Assembly: GCA_030158665.1 (NCBI GenBank)
Contig: JAOASM010000008.1
Coordinates: 76-64,075 of the forward strand
Direction of reading: 5' to 3'
DNA from: Sediminibacterium sp.
GTDB lineage: Bacteria > Bacteroidota > Bacteroidia > Chitinophagales > Chitinophagaceae
Length of the DNA stretch: 64,000 bases
Each line of letters begins with the position of its first letter. The first letter of the stretch is position 1. The position numbers and the translations under genes were made by a program. Below are positions 9,063-18,901 of this stretch, piece by piece. Below the pieces are notes generated by a model that saw only the letters and a program-made list of their open reading frames with translations, did not search any database and was not told the origin of the DNA.

Positions 9063-9545
9063 ATGAAAAAAATCACCTTCCTTATAATCCTGTTTACACC
9101 ATTTATTGCTATTGCGCAAAATACACAATATGCCGTTACTTCTTTTTTGCAGGATGGCCCCAAAGCGCCTAATACACATTATATTGGAGAAGCATTTTTG
9201 AGTAGTGTACTTCAGGGTGATAGTGAATTGAATTATAATATTACAAAAGCAACTTTTCGAAAAAACTCAACTCTTGATTGGCATAAACATTCAACTGTAC
9301 AGGTATTAATTATTATCGATGGTGAAGGTTACTATCAAGAAAAAGGAAAAGAGGCTATCGTCATTAAAAAAGGAGATATAGTTAGATGCACAAAAGATGT
9401 TGAGCATTGGCATACAGCAAGTAAAGAAAATTTGGTTACGTATTTAGCACTATACGACGGATCTAAGCCAACTATTTGGACCGACAAATTATCTCAAGAA
9501 TATTATGATAGTATTGCTGAAAAACTAAAAGTAGAAAAAAAATAA
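9063..9545 (+). CDS. Cupin domain protein with a signal peptide
   Basis: WHKH..QVL...GEG and EHWH cupin motifs. Confidence 0.85.
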   Translation: MKKITFLIILFTPFIAIAQNTQYAVTSFLQDGPKAPNTHYIGEAFLSSVLQGDSELNYNITKATFRKNSTLDWHKHSTVQVLIIIDGEGYYQEKGKEAIVIKKGDIVRCTKDVEHWHTASKENLVTYLALYDGSKPTIWTDKLSQEYYDSIAEKLKVEKK

Positions 9546-9603
9546 TAATAATATTAAATAAGGTTGTAATTGTAATATATTAATACAAAAAAAATAATTA
9601 ATC

Positions 9604-9627
9604 CTATTCAGTATTAATACTGAATAG
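9604..9627. promoter_or_regulatory. Perfect 24-bp palindrome
   Basis: CTATTCAGTATTAATACTGAATAG upstream of the XRE gene. Confidence 0.5.
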
Positions 9628-9708
9628 AAAAATAAATCATCCAAATTACAAATTTGTTATAACATTTATGGTATTGTATGCGAGTGCTAAATACCACAAA
9701 TTTGTTAT

Positions 9709-9939
9709 ATGACAGATGAGAAGAAAAGATTAGCAGATAGGATAGGAAATAACATCAGGGCTATAAGACAACGCAAAGGCATGTCTATAGAAAAGCTTGC
9801 TTTTAAATCTGACATCGGCTATATGCAGTTGAGTCGAATTGAACTTGGTAAGATAAATACTACGATATACCAAGTGTATAAAATCTCAAAATCATTAGAG
9901 GTTGATCTTCATGAATTATTTCATTTAAATGATAATTAA
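9709..9939 (+). CDS. XRE family HTH regulator
   Basis: IRAIRQRKGMSIEKLA...LSRIELGKIN. Confidence 0.9.
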   Translation: MTDEKKRLADRIGNNIRAIRQRKGMSIEKLAFKSDIGYMQLSRIELGKINTTIYQVYKISKSLEVDLHELFHLNDN

Positions 9940-10134
9940 ATGAAAAGATACTTGGAGTATTACGATGCGATAAAATTCTTAGATGACAGAGGTTTTAGTT
10001 TAAATAAAACCCTGAATTTTACAGATAGTCCATTGGTTAAAAAATTCGAATATTGGGCAAAAGATGATGGCGAGGAGATGTATCTACTTGAGGTAATGGA
10101 TCAGGACTTTGTTTTTATGTTTAAACTAGTCTAA
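9940..10134 (+). CDS. Small hypothetical protein
   Basis: 64 aa; ATG immediately follows the XRE stop codon. Confidence 0.55.
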   Translation: MKRYLEYYDAIKFLDDRGFSLNKTLNFTDSPLVKKFEYWAKDDGEEMYLLEVMDQDFVFMFKLV

Positions 10135-10354
10135 ACCAGCTTTTCAACTTTTTTGCTATTGGGTTAAAAAGATTCAATTTGTTATTTAATTGATCTAATG
10201 TGTGATCAAAAACGCCTTGTATTTTCTTAAAAGGATTTAATTGATCAATGATTACGGAAAAATTATTTTGAATCATTTTTCGTTCTTCAGAACGTTTAGC
10301 TTTTAATGTTGCAATCTCTTGTTGTATTAATACTCTTTCATTCATGCTACTCAT
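10121..10354 (-). CDS. Hypothetical protein of the ytxH cluster
   Basis: Coiled coil plus LNPF motif; in an operon with the next two genes. Confidence 0.65.
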   Translation of the reverse strand: MSSMNERVLIQQEIATLKAKRSEERKMIQNNFSVIIDQLNPFKKIQGVFDHTLDQLNNKLNLFNPIAKKLKSWFRLV

Positions 10355-10359
10355 AATGT

Positions 10360-10698
10360 CTATTTTAATTTCCTAACAGTGCAGTTGTAGATAGGATCTT
10401 GAATGAAATATTGCTTAAATCTTGCAACAATTATGGATATAAAAAAGTAAATTCCTGACACAAAAAGAAATCCCAAGTAGACCTTGCCAGTTATTGTGCC
10501 AATCCATAATGCAAGCCCAACAGAAAAAAAGAAAATACATGATAACAACAATGCCATTAGAAGTAACTTAGAGTATAGTTCTGCAAATGCATTTGCAATA
10601 AAATCTACCAGGTATAATTTATACAATTGTATAGTGCTCACTGAATAAGCTTCTATACTTTTTAAAAGTGGTTCAATCGAAATGATATTGTTAAGCAT
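10360..10698 (-). CDS. Two-TM membrane protein (phage-holin-like annotation family)
   Basis: Two hydrophobic segments, GLALWIG..YLGFLFVSGIY; typical neighbour of ytxH. Confidence 0.65.
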   Translation of the reverse strand: MLNNIISIEPLLKSIEAYSVSTIQLYKLYLVDFIANAFAELYSKLLLMALLLSCIFFFSVGLALWIGTITGKVYLGFLFVSGIYFFISIIVARFKQYFIQDPIYNCTVRKLK

Positions 10699-10718
10699 GT
10701 ATTTTCTTTAGATAAGCA

Positions 10719-10946
10719 TTAATCTTTCACATTGTGTGAAACAGATCTTTTTAAATCGTCATATTTTTCGGTAACAGATTCTAATAGATCCTCAAATTTC
10801 TCTTTAAGGTCGTCTACATATTCCTCACCTTTATGTGCGATCCTTCTTCTTGTAACGCTACCTTTTGCCGGGGCAAATAAGATGCCTAATAATGCTCCTG
10901 CTGCAATCCCTGCAATAACGCCTAAAGCTGCTTTTCCTGAGTCCAT
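10719..10946 (-). CDS. YtxH domain protein
   Basis: GIAAGALLGILFAPAKGSVTR. Confidence 0.9.
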   Translation of the reverse strand: MDSGKAALGVIAGIAAGALLGILFAPAKGSVTRRRIAHKGEEYVDDLKEKFEDLLESVTEKYDDLKRSVSHNVKD

Positions 10947-10980
10947 AATGATTAATTTTTAGTGATAAATATCGATTCAC

Positions 10981-11043
10981 CAAAGTTCAATCAAGATGAA
11001 GATCGAATTGTTACACAATAACACCTATTATTTGTAAATTTTT
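10981..11043 (-). promoter_or_regulatory. Promoter/operator motif shared with the ompA upstream region
   Basis: AAAATTTACAAAT-N11-TTGTGTAACAAT-N19-AACTTTG on the minus strand. Confidence 0.6.
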
Positions 11044-11118
11044 ATGAACATATAATATCCCTTGTTCATAGGCTCATAGCTTTCCAATCCCTATATTTGT
11101 ATTTGTAAAAACGCATAT

Positions 11119-11808
11119 ATGTTAGACGCAATAGTTCCTTTGATCTCTTTAATACTGTTAGAAGTAATTTTGGGGATTGATAATGTAATTTTTATCTCTA
11201 TTTTATCGGATAAGTTGCCAGATAGTCAAAGAAACAAATTGAGGTATTGGGGCCTTGGGTTAGCAATGGTAATGCGTTTAATTTTATTGACGTTAATTTC
11301 TTGGATTTTAAAATTGGATCAAAATTTATTTACGATTGCTGGTATAAGCTTCTCAGGCAAGGGGATCATTTTGATTGCAGGAGGCTTATTTTTAATTTAT
11401 AAGAGTACAGTTGAGATTTATCATAAAACAGAGTTAGCCAATCAGAGTGAAGTGCCAGTTGTGCCAAAAACGAGTAGCTTCAAAAGACTATTGATGGAGA
11501 TTATTTTGTTGGATTTAGTGTTTTCCATTGATTCAATTATCACTGCAATTGGAATGGCACAAGAATTATGGGTTATGTATACATCCGTTATAGTGGCTGT
11601 TGTAATTATGATTTTTGCGTCTCAACCAATTAGTTATTTTATCAAAAAGCATCCTTCATTCAAAATTTTGGCTTTAAGCTTTTTAATGATGATTGGCATT
11701 TCATTGATTGCTGAGGGTTTCCATTTGGCCATACCTAAAGGCTATATTTATTTTTCAATGGCATTTGCTTTTATAGTTGATATCATACAAATGAAAACGG
11801 TAAAATAG
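11119..11808 (+). CDS. TerC family membrane protein
   Basis: LEVILGIDNVIFI and DLVFSIDSIITA. Confidence 0.9.
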   Translation: MLDAIVPLISLILLEVILGIDNVIFISILSDKLPDSQRNKLRYWGLGLAMVMRLILLTLISWILKLDQNLFTIAGISFSGKGIILIAGGLFLIYKSTVEIYHKTELANQSEVPVVPKTSSFKRLLMEIILLDLVFSIDSIITAIGMAQELWVMYTSVIVAVVIMIFASQPISYFIKKHPSFKILALSFLMMIGISLIAEGFHLAIPKGYIYFSMAFAFIVDIIQMKTVK

Positions 11809-11812
11809 CAAT

Positions 11813-14005
11813 ATGCAATCCCCAGTCTTTTTAATCACTCCTCCATTTACTCAGTTAAATACGCCTTATCCTGCAACGGCTTATTTAAAAGGGTTTTTGA
11901 ACACCAAAGGTATTTCTAGTGTTCAGGCAGATCTTGGGATTGAGGTGACATTAGCTGTTTTTAATAAAGAAGGATTGTCGAAGTTATTTGAGGCAATCGT
12001 TGAAAAGGAACATGAGCTTAGCCCTGATTGCCAACGTATGCTAGCTTTGAAGAATCACTATATCAACACGATTGACCAAGTGATTTTATTTTTACAAGGT
12101 AAATTGGATACCATTGCGCATTTAATTTGTACGCGTTCATTCTTACCTGAAGCAAGTGCTTTTGATCAATTAGATGATTTAGAATGGGCATTCGGCGCGA
12201 TGGGGAAACAAGATAAAGCAAAGCATATCGCGACAATGTATTTAGAGGATCTTGGCAACTTGATTAAGGCAACAATTGATCCTTATTTTGGTTTTAGTCG
12301 CTATGCGGAGAGTCTCGGAAGATCTGCTAATTCATTTGACGAATTGTATGAAGCACTCAATGCGCCTTTAACTTATTTAGACACTATTTTATTAGACCTA
12401 TTTGAACAGCATATTCAAAAAGTACAACCTAAACTAGTTTGTATCTCAGTGCCGTTTCCAGGAAATCTATATACCTCATTGAGATGTGGACAATGGATTA
12501 AGCAGCATCACCCTACGATTAAAGTAGCCATGGGAGGGGGCTTTGCCAATACTGAACTTCGTTCATTGTCTGATCCTAGGGTGTTTGAATTTTATGATTT
12601 TATTACTTTGGATGATGGGGAAGCGCCAATTGAAATGTTGATAAATCATATTGATGGCAAAAAAGATATACATGATCTTAAGCGTTGCTTTATATTATTG
12701 AACGGGGTGGTTACCTACATGAATGAATCCATTTATCCCGATTACAAGCAGCATCAATTGGGTACACCTGATTATGAAGGCTTATTATTAGATCAATATA
12801 TTTCTGTGATTGAGTTGGTTAATCCAATGCACAGCTTATGGAGTGACGGAAGATGGAATAAATTAACGATGGCCCATGGATGCTACTGGGGTAAGTGTAC
12901 GTTTTGTGACATCTCTTTGGACTATATTAAAACCTATGAACCTGCAACAGCAATTTTATTGGCGGATAGGATGGAGGCAATGATTGCTCAGACAGGTCAA
13001 AATGGGTTTCATTTTGTAGATGAAGCTGCACCACCAGCATTGATGAAGGCTTTAGCGATTGAAATCATTCGTCGTAAGTTAGTGGTAAGTTGGTGGGCCA
13101 ATGTGCGCTTTGAAAAAAGCTTTACACAGGATCTTTGTCTTTTATTGAAAGCTTCTGGATGTATTGCGGTGAGTGGGGGGCTAGAGGTTGCATCAGACAG
13201 ATTATTGGATCTAATCCAGAAAGGTATCACAGTGGCACAAGTAGCCAGAGTAAGCAAGCATTTTAATGAGGCGGGGATCATGGTACATGCTTATTTAATG
13301 TATGGATTCCCGACGCAGACAGTGCAAGAAACGGTTGATTCTTTAGAAATGGTTCGTCAGTTTTTTGAAACAGGTGTATTAAAATCTGCCTTCTGGCATT
13401 TGTTTACGATGACTGCGCATAGTCCTGTTGGATTAGCACCTGAAAAATATAAAGTCAAAAAAGTAACAGAGGCAATTGGCAGTTTCGCCAACAATGATAT
13501 CCTCCATACCGATCCTACTGGCGCAAATCATGAGATCTTTGGCTTTGGCTTAAAAAAGGCCTTACTAAATTACATGCATGGTGCTTGTTTTGAATTTCCA
13601 TTACAAAAATGGTTTGAGTTTAAAATCCCAAAAACTACCATTGAGCCAAATTATATTCAAAAGCAAATTGATGCTGTAGAGATTGGCGCTTCAAACTATA
13701 AAGCAATATGGATAGGATTGATGCCTATTGCAACTATAGTGCAAAAAGCAAAAAAAGGCAGCAAGTGGGAAGAAATGAATTTACGTTTTGAAACCAATAA
13801 AAATACTGTTTCAATCAATGTGTCGCCAGAAAAAGGGGCATGGTTAATACAGCTATTGTCAAAAATAAATATAGATACATCCTCTGGTATGCCTTTGGCA
13901 GACATCAAGGCGGATTATGCAGCTGCAGGGCTGGAAGGCTTTGATTTGTTTTGGGATAATAAACCTGTCAATACTTTACATAAAGCTGGACTATTAAGAA
14001 TATAA
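11813..14005 (+). CDS. B12-binding-domain radical SAM protein
   Basis: CYWGKCTFC (CxxxCxxC) and N-terminal cobalamin-binding-like region. Confidence 0.9.
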   Translation: MQSPVFLITPPFTQLNTPYPATAYLKGFLNTKGISSVQADLGIEVTLAVFNKEGLSKLFEAIVEKEHELSPDCQRMLALKNHYINTIDQVILFLQGKLDTIAHLICTRSFLPEASAFDQLDDLEWAFGAMGKQDKAKHIATMYLEDLGNLIKATIDPYFGFSRYAESLGRSANSFDELYEALNAPLTYLDTILLDLFEQHIQKVQPKLVCISVPFPGNLYTSLRCGQWIKQHHPTIKVAMGGGFANTELRSLSDPRVFEFYDFITLDDGEAPIEMLINHIDGKKDIHDLKRCFILLNGVVTYMNESIYPDYKQHQLGTPDYEGLLLDQYISVIELVNPMHSLWSDGRWNKLTMAHGCYWGKCTFCDISLDYIKTYEPATAILLADRMEAMIAQTGQNGFHFVDEAAPPALMKALAIEIIRRKLVVSWWANVRFEKSFTQDLCLLLKASGCIAVSGGLEVASDRLLDLIQKGITVAQVARVSKHFNEAGIMVHAYLMYGFPTQTVQETVDSLEMVRQFFETGVLKSAFWHLFTMTAHSPVGLAPEKYKVKKVTEAIGSFANNDILHTDPTGANHEIFGFGLKKALLNYMHGACFEFPLQKWFEFKIPKTTIEPNYIQKQIDAVEIGASNYKAIWIGLMPIATIVQKAKKGSKWEEMNLRFETNKNTVSINVSPEKGAWLIQLLSKINIDTSSGMPLADIKADYAAAGLEGFDLFWDNKPVNTLHKAGLLRI

Positions 14006-14015
14006 ATTCATCAAG

Positions 14016-14336
14016 ATGCATGTTGAATGGGTGAGAGATTTTTGTTTGACCTTTAAAGATGTGGAAGAATGTCAGCCATTCGGCCCAGAGCATCTTGTAT
14101 ATAAGATCAAGGGTAAAATGTTCTTACTTCTTTCTTTGGATGAAATCCCGCTAAGAGTTAATGTAAAAACAGATCCAGAAAGATCAATTGAATTAAGAGA
14201 ATCTTATCCTGACAATATATTGCCGGGTTATCATATGAATAAGAAGCATTGGAACACACTTGTATTAAATGCAAGACTTAACCCAGGATTGGTTCAAGAA
14301 TTAATCACCCATTCTTACGAGTTAGTTCGAAAGTAA
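14016..14336 (+). CDS. MmcQ/YjbR family DNA-binding protein
   Basis: PFG, GKMF, PGYHMNKKHWNT. Confidence 0.9.
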   Translation: MHVEWVRDFCLTFKDVEECQPFGPEHLVYKIKGKMFLLLSLDEIPLRVNVKTDPERSIELRESYPDNILPGYHMNKKHWNTLVLNARLNPGLVQELITHSYELVRK

Positions 14337-14413
14337 TTTGAGCCATGCTCGATTTCTTAAAATTTTGCCAATTATCCATCCCAAAACTTAGTTTAACATA
14401 TATTTTAATTGTA

Positions 14414-14439
14414 TGTAACTTTTTCCCAATACTTTCGTC
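14414..14439 (+). promoter_or_regulatory. Putative ECF-sigma promoter
   Basis: TGTAAC-N16-CGTC just upstream of the OMP gene. Confidence 0.45.
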
Positions 14440-14458
14440 CCACTTTTAAATATATTGA

Positions 14459-17224
14459 ATGAACTATTTTTCTTTGAATTGGCTTAAACCAGTTGCTTTT
14501 GTAGTGCTGACTTTTTTTAGTTTTAATGCTTTCGCGCAAGGATTTAACTTAAAAGGGGTTGTAAGAGATACGGTAGATAAAAAACAGCTACCCAATGCGT
14601 CTATTGTGCTTTTACATGCAAAAGATTCTGTATTATATAAAATGACTAGAACGCAAGCAAATGGTGCCTTCGATTTGTCTGAAATCAATAATGGGGCATA
14701 TATTTTAATGATTACATATCCTCAGTATGCTGATTATTTAGAAAAAATCCAAGTCAATGACGCTGCGATTGATTTAAAAGTCATCCCCTTAAATACAAAA
14801 GTGCATTTGTTGAAAGAAGTGATCATTAAAAATACCGTATCTGCTATTCGAGTTAAAGGGGATACGACAGAATATAAAGCTGATAGCTTTAGAGTTACAC
14901 CCAATGCAGATGTGCAAGAATTGATTAAAAAAATGCCAGGGTTTCAAGTCAATTCAAAAGGGGAAATTACTACGCAGGGCGAAAAAGTGAATAAAGTCCT
15001 TGTGGATGGTGAAGAGTTTTTTAGTGATGACCCAGCAGTGGTAACAAAAAATTTAAGAGCGGATGCGGTAGATAAAGTGCAGGTATTTGATAAGAAATCT
15101 GATCAAGCAGCTTTTACAGGAATTGATGATGGGCAAACCAGTAAGACGATCAATTTGCAATTAAAAGAAGACAAGAAAAACGGTTATTATGGCAAATTTG
15201 AACTTGGCTCCAACTTGGATCAATACCGAAATGGTAAGGCTTTAATCAATGCTTTTAAAGGGAAAAAGAAAATTGCTGGTTACTTAACTACTGACAATAC
15301 GCGCTTTGAAGGATTAAGTTGGGATGAACAAAGAAATTACTCGGACGGAGGGAATACGGTAACTACTTTAGGTGATGATGGAAGTATGAGTATCTATTTT
15401 TCTGGTGGAGACGACTATGATGAGCAAATAGGTTTGCCTAATCAACAAAGTGCTGGCCTAGTACTTTCTAATAAATGGGGTAATACTTCTACCAATAATA
15501 CGGGACAATATCAAAGATTGCAATCTAATGCCAAAGGAACTAGTTACACACAAACAATACTTTCTAACGCGATTTTAAATAATAACACTACGAATGACCA
15601 AGTGCTTGATAAAAGAAAGTATCGTCTCAATACGATTAATGAATGGGGTACAGATAGTACTGGGTTATTCAAAATTACCTTAAAAGCGGCTAATACTTTA
15701 AAAGATGCCAATGCCCAATTCTTTGGTATAACAACCAATGAGTTTGGTAATAAGATTAATCAGACTGATAGAAAAACCAGTTTGTCAGAAAATGACAAAT
15801 TGCTTATCTCAAATTTAAGTTATCGAAAAAAGTTTGCTAAAAAAGGCAGATCAATTTCTGTGCTTTCTGATTTGAATTTTAATGATAAAGCACAAGATGC
15901 AACGCTGATTTCTGAAAATAGTTTCTTTGATGCAGCTAATTTACTCAGCTCTGTAGACAGGGTGGATCAAATCAAAGCCAATCAACAAACAACTTCATCT
16001 GTCGCTTCAAATATAGTGTACACAGAACCATTGAGTGAAAAATCGTTTTTAATCTTTAAATATGGGCTAACAATAGCTAAAAATGATGCAGAAAGAGTGA
16101 CTTCGAACAATAATGGTACAATTGTGGACTCATTGAGTAATCATTTTGTGTTTAATACAGTTAATAACAGTGGGTCACTCAGTTACCGTTATGTAGCTAA
16201 GAAAGTAAATTTTATCATTGGATCAGGAATAGGGACGGCAAATTATCAGTTAAATGATTTGGAATTGGGTACCAACAAAGGAATCAATTTTACAAATTTC
16301 ATTCCAAGCGCTTCTTTAAATTTTAATCCTAAGCAACAAAGAAAACTTAGATTTAATTACAATGGAAATACAGTTAATCCAACATTATTACAAATTCAAC
16401 CCATACTAGACAATACAGATCCTCTAAATATATTAGTGGGTAATCCTGAATTACAACAAGCATTTACAAATAAGTTCACATTTAATATCGGGGATTATAA
16501 GGTTTTAAAAAGCCGCTCAATCAATTTGTGGGTCGATTATGGAAACACGAATAACGCAATAACCAGTAGTAGTGAAATAGATGCAAACGGAAGAAGAATT
16601 TCTAAATATGTGAACGTGGATGGCAATTTTAATTATAGCATTAATGCTTCATACGGCTTAGATGTCTATAAAGGAGTGAATATGAATTTTAGATTTGGAA
16701 AAAGGTTTAATCGATATAACAACATAGTCAATAATACAAAAAATACAAATGACAATAATTCAATGGATTATGCCATTGGTTTAAATTATTGGAGTGACAC
16801 TTGGTTTAATTTTTATTTTCAAATAAATGCAGCCAATAACCAGTCGACCTCTACTATTAGACCTAATATAACGACTAACTATTGGTCTTATTCTAGTTAT
16901 GGTAATTTTAATTTTAAATTTAAAAAGGCCAAAACCTATTTATCATTTGAAAACGAGTTCAATATTTACCAAAAATCTGTTGCTTTCCCCGATCAACGAA
17001 ATATTTACTTAGTAAGTCCTTCTATTCGAAAAGTCATTGGTAAAAAAGACCTTTTTGAAATTAAATTATATGCTTTTGACCTGTTCAATCAAAATAGCAA
17101 TGTGAGTAGAAATATCTCAAGTAATTTTATTTCAGAGACCACAAATAACAGCATAAGAAGATATTTCTTATTTGGTGTAATTTATAATTTCTCAAAAAAT
17201 AGCAAGCCACCTAGTTTCGACTAA
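14459..17224 (+). CDS. Outer-membrane beta-barrel protein (carboxypeptidase-regulatory N-domain)
   Basis: KGDTTEY, KVLVDGEEFF, GNPEL; paired with the GLPGLI gene. Confidence 0.85.
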   Translation: MNYFSLNWLKPVAFVVLTFFSFNAFAQGFNLKGVVRDTVDKKQLPNASIVLLHAKDSVLYKMTRTQANGAFDLSEINNGAYILMITYPQYADYLEKIQVNDAAIDLKVIPLNTKVHLLKEVIIKNTVSAIRVKGDTTEYKADSFRVTPNADVQELIKKMPGFQVNSKGEITTQGEKVNKVLVDGEEFFSDDPAVVTKNLRADAVDKVQVFDKKSDQAAFTGIDDGQTSKTINLQLKEDKKNGYYGKFELGSNLDQYRNGKALINAFKGKKKIAGYLTTDNTRFEGLSWDEQRNYSDGGNTVTTLGDDGSMSIYFSGGDDYDEQIGLPNQQSAGLVLSNKWGNTSTNNTGQYQRLQSNAKGTSYTQTILSNAILNNNTTNDQVLDKRKYRLNTINEWGTDSTGLFKITLKAANTLKDANAQFFGITTNEFGNKINQTDRKTSLSENDKLLISNLSYRKKFAKKGRSISVLSDLNFNDKAQDATLISENSFFDAANLLSSVDRVDQIKANQQTTSSVASNIVYTEPLSEKSFLIFKYGLTIAKNDAERVTSNNNGTIVDSLSNHFVFNTVNNSGSLSYRYVAKKVNFIIGSGIGTANYQLNDLELGTNKGINFTNFIPSASLNFNPKQQRKLRFNYNGNTVNPTLLQIQPILDNTDPLNILVGNPELQQAFTNKFTFNIGDYKVLKSRSINLWVDYGNTNNAITSSSEIDANGRRISKYVNVDGNFNYSINASYGLDVYKGVNMNFRFGKRFNRYNNIVNNTKNTNDNNSMDYAIGLNYWSDTWFNFYFQINAANNQSTSTIRPNITTNYWSYSSYGNFNFKFKKAKTYLSFENEFNIYQKSVAFPDQRNIYLVSPSIRKVIGKKDLFEIKLYAFDLFNQNSNVSRNISSNFISETTNNSIRRYFLFGVIYNFSKNSKPPSFD

Positions 17225-17252
17225 TTTCAAATCCTTTTATCAATTTTTCTAT

Positions 17253-18002
17253 ATGAATCGAATAATTTTATTTTCTTTTTTGTTGGTTACCACTCCAGCT
17301 TTTACACAACAATTTATAACAGCGGGGAAGTTGACTTTTGAACGAAAAGTGGCACAAGTAACTTTAATGGAGAACTTGTATGAAAATGGCGGGGATGACA
17401 ATATTTGGCTAGTCGAAATGAAAAAAGTGTATCCTAGAATCGTAACCGATAGCTATACTTTAGAATTCAATAATAATACCACTCTATTCAAAGTTGAAAA
17501 AGAGAATTCAGATAACAAATACATGCTAACTGGATTAAAGCCCTCAGATCAAAATTATGTCTATCAGGATTTCAATCAGAATATGACAACAATGAGTAAA
17601 GGGCTATTTGAAAATGAATATCTAGTAAAAGATAGCATCAAGCAATTTCAATGGAAAATCACTGGCGAAGTAAGAGATATCGCTGGTTTTGAATGTAAAA
17701 AAGCCTTAGCTAAGATTAATGACTCCGTAGTAGTTGTAGCTTTTTATACAGATCAAATTATAGTAAAAGGTGGTCCTGAAAATTTTAATGGACTTCCAGG
17801 TATGATATTAGGCTTGGCTGTGCCAAGATTATCTCTAACCTTATTTGCTACAAAATTAGAGTTAACAAGTCCTATAATGAACGTAAGATTGCCTTTGAAA
17901 CCCAAATATGTAAAACACAGCCAAATCCTTCAAGATGTAGAAAAAGGCCTAAAGACTTGGGGTAAAGAAGCTAAGGCAATAGCTTGGGTATCTAATTTAT
18001 AA
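17253..18002 (+). CDS. GLPGLI family protein
   Basis: WKITGE.R.IAGFECKKA and GPENFNGLPGMIL. Confidence 0.9.
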   Translation: MNRIILFSFLLVTTPAFTQQFITAGKLTFERKVAQVTLMENLYENGGDDNIWLVEMKKVYPRIVTDSYTLEFNNNTTLFKVEKENSDNKYMLTGLKPSDQNYVYQDFNQNMTTMSKGLFENEYLVKDSIKQFQWKITGEVRDIAGFECKKALAKINDSVVVVAFYTDQIIVKGGPENFNGLPGMILGLAVPRLSLTLFATKLELTSPIMNVRLPLKPKYVKHSQILQDVEKGLKTWGKEAKAIAWVSNL

Positions 18003-18070
18003 ATCCAACCCCCTTTGGCCCATTGCGTAAAATGAGCCAGATTTCGTTCTTGACGAGAAGGGGGCGGATT
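18002..18070. ncRNA. Three-way-junction structured element (Flavo-1-like RNA motif candidate)
   Basis: Outer stem AATCC..CCCCCTT/AAGGGGG.GGATT enclosing the hairpins TGGCcCATT-gcgtaa-AATGaGCCA and TCGT-tcttg-ACGA. Confidence 0.55.
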
Positions 18071-18073
18071 AAC

Positions 18074-18286
18074 TTATTTTTTGGTTAAATCAATTTCAAA
18101 ACTCAATTTTAACGTCACTCGATATTCAGTGATTTTATTATTTGTAACAATCGCTGTTTGATCTTGAACCCACACAGATTTAATGTCTTTCAAGGTTTTA
18201 CTGGCATGGGTGACTGCTGTTTGTGCTGCATCTTCCCAACTTTTAGTTGAATTAGACATTACTTCTATCACTTTTACGGTACTCAT
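18074..18286 (-). CDS. Dodecin family protein
   Basis: KVIEV..S..SWEDAAQ.AV..ASKT and EYRV.LKLSF. Confidence 0.9.
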   Translation of the reverse strand: MSTVKVIEVMSNSTKSWEDAAQTAVTHASKTLKDIKSVWVQDQTAIVTNNKITEYRVTLKLSFEIDLTKK

Positions 18287-18355
18287 AGTAGTTGATTTTA
18301 GATGTAAATTATAGGATCATTTTTTTACTTCCTATGATGCTTATTTTAATTTGAA

Positions 18356-18391
18356 TTGATTATTATCATAGACATACTTGACAAGAATCAA
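18356..18391. promoter_or_regulatory. Tandem FNR/CRP-type boxes
   Basis: TTGAT-tatt-ATCAT (18356) and TTGAC-aaga-ATCAA (18378), 22 bp apart. Confidence 0.65.
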
Positions 18392-18439
18392 ATGCATTAT
18401 TTTTCATATGTACTAATTTTCAATTTAAATTTTATAGCT

Positions 18440-18901
18440 ATGTCTACTATAATTGCCGAGTCGTATATCCTAGAATTAAAGGCTTGGCTTACACTCATCT
18501 CATTTTACAAAAATCAAACAGAAAGCTTTAAGCATAAACTATTTCAAGCGATAAGGGTGCCAATGTTGATTAAGGATAGTGCAAGATTAGAAGCCTATCA
18601 AGTTCATTTAATGGCATTTCAAGATTTTTTATTTGAAATGGAGGATGCTATACTTTCTCATATTAAGCAAATTGATATAAAATATATTTTTGATGATATT
18701 CAAAAGAACGAATCCATTGAGCATCAGCAAATTTTACTCAGGTATAAAATGTATACAGCAGAAAAAAAATATTTTAGTTTCAGAAATGCCTTATCGCAAT
18801 ACCTTATAAGTATTTTCGAACTTGTAATTTTATCTAAATTAAATAAAGGATTGCCGAGTCTGCATCCTGTTGGTCGTAGGTCTGCAAATATTACAGTTTA
18901 A
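18440..18901 (+). CDS. Hypothetical helical protein
   Basis: ATG at 18440 downstream of the FNR-like boxes; W...ISFYK.Q pattern; 3' end overlaps nrdJ convergently. Confidence 0.6.
   Translation: MSTIIAESYILELKAWLTLISFYKNQTESFKHKLFQAIRVPMLIKDSARLEAYQVHLMAFQDFLFEMEDAILSHIKQIDIKYIFDDIQKNESIEHQQILLRYKMYTAEKKYFSFRNALSQYLISIFELVILSKLNKGLPSLHPVGRRSANITV

Noticed and set aside
10360-10698. Prophage lysis gene
   Set aside because: The holin-like family is a common ytxH neighbour, and there are no phage genes nearby.
11119-14336. RiPP cluster around the B12 radical SAM gene
   Set aside because: There is no precursor peptide, RRE/PqqD, protease or exporter nearby; the neighbours are ordinary terC and mmcQ genes.
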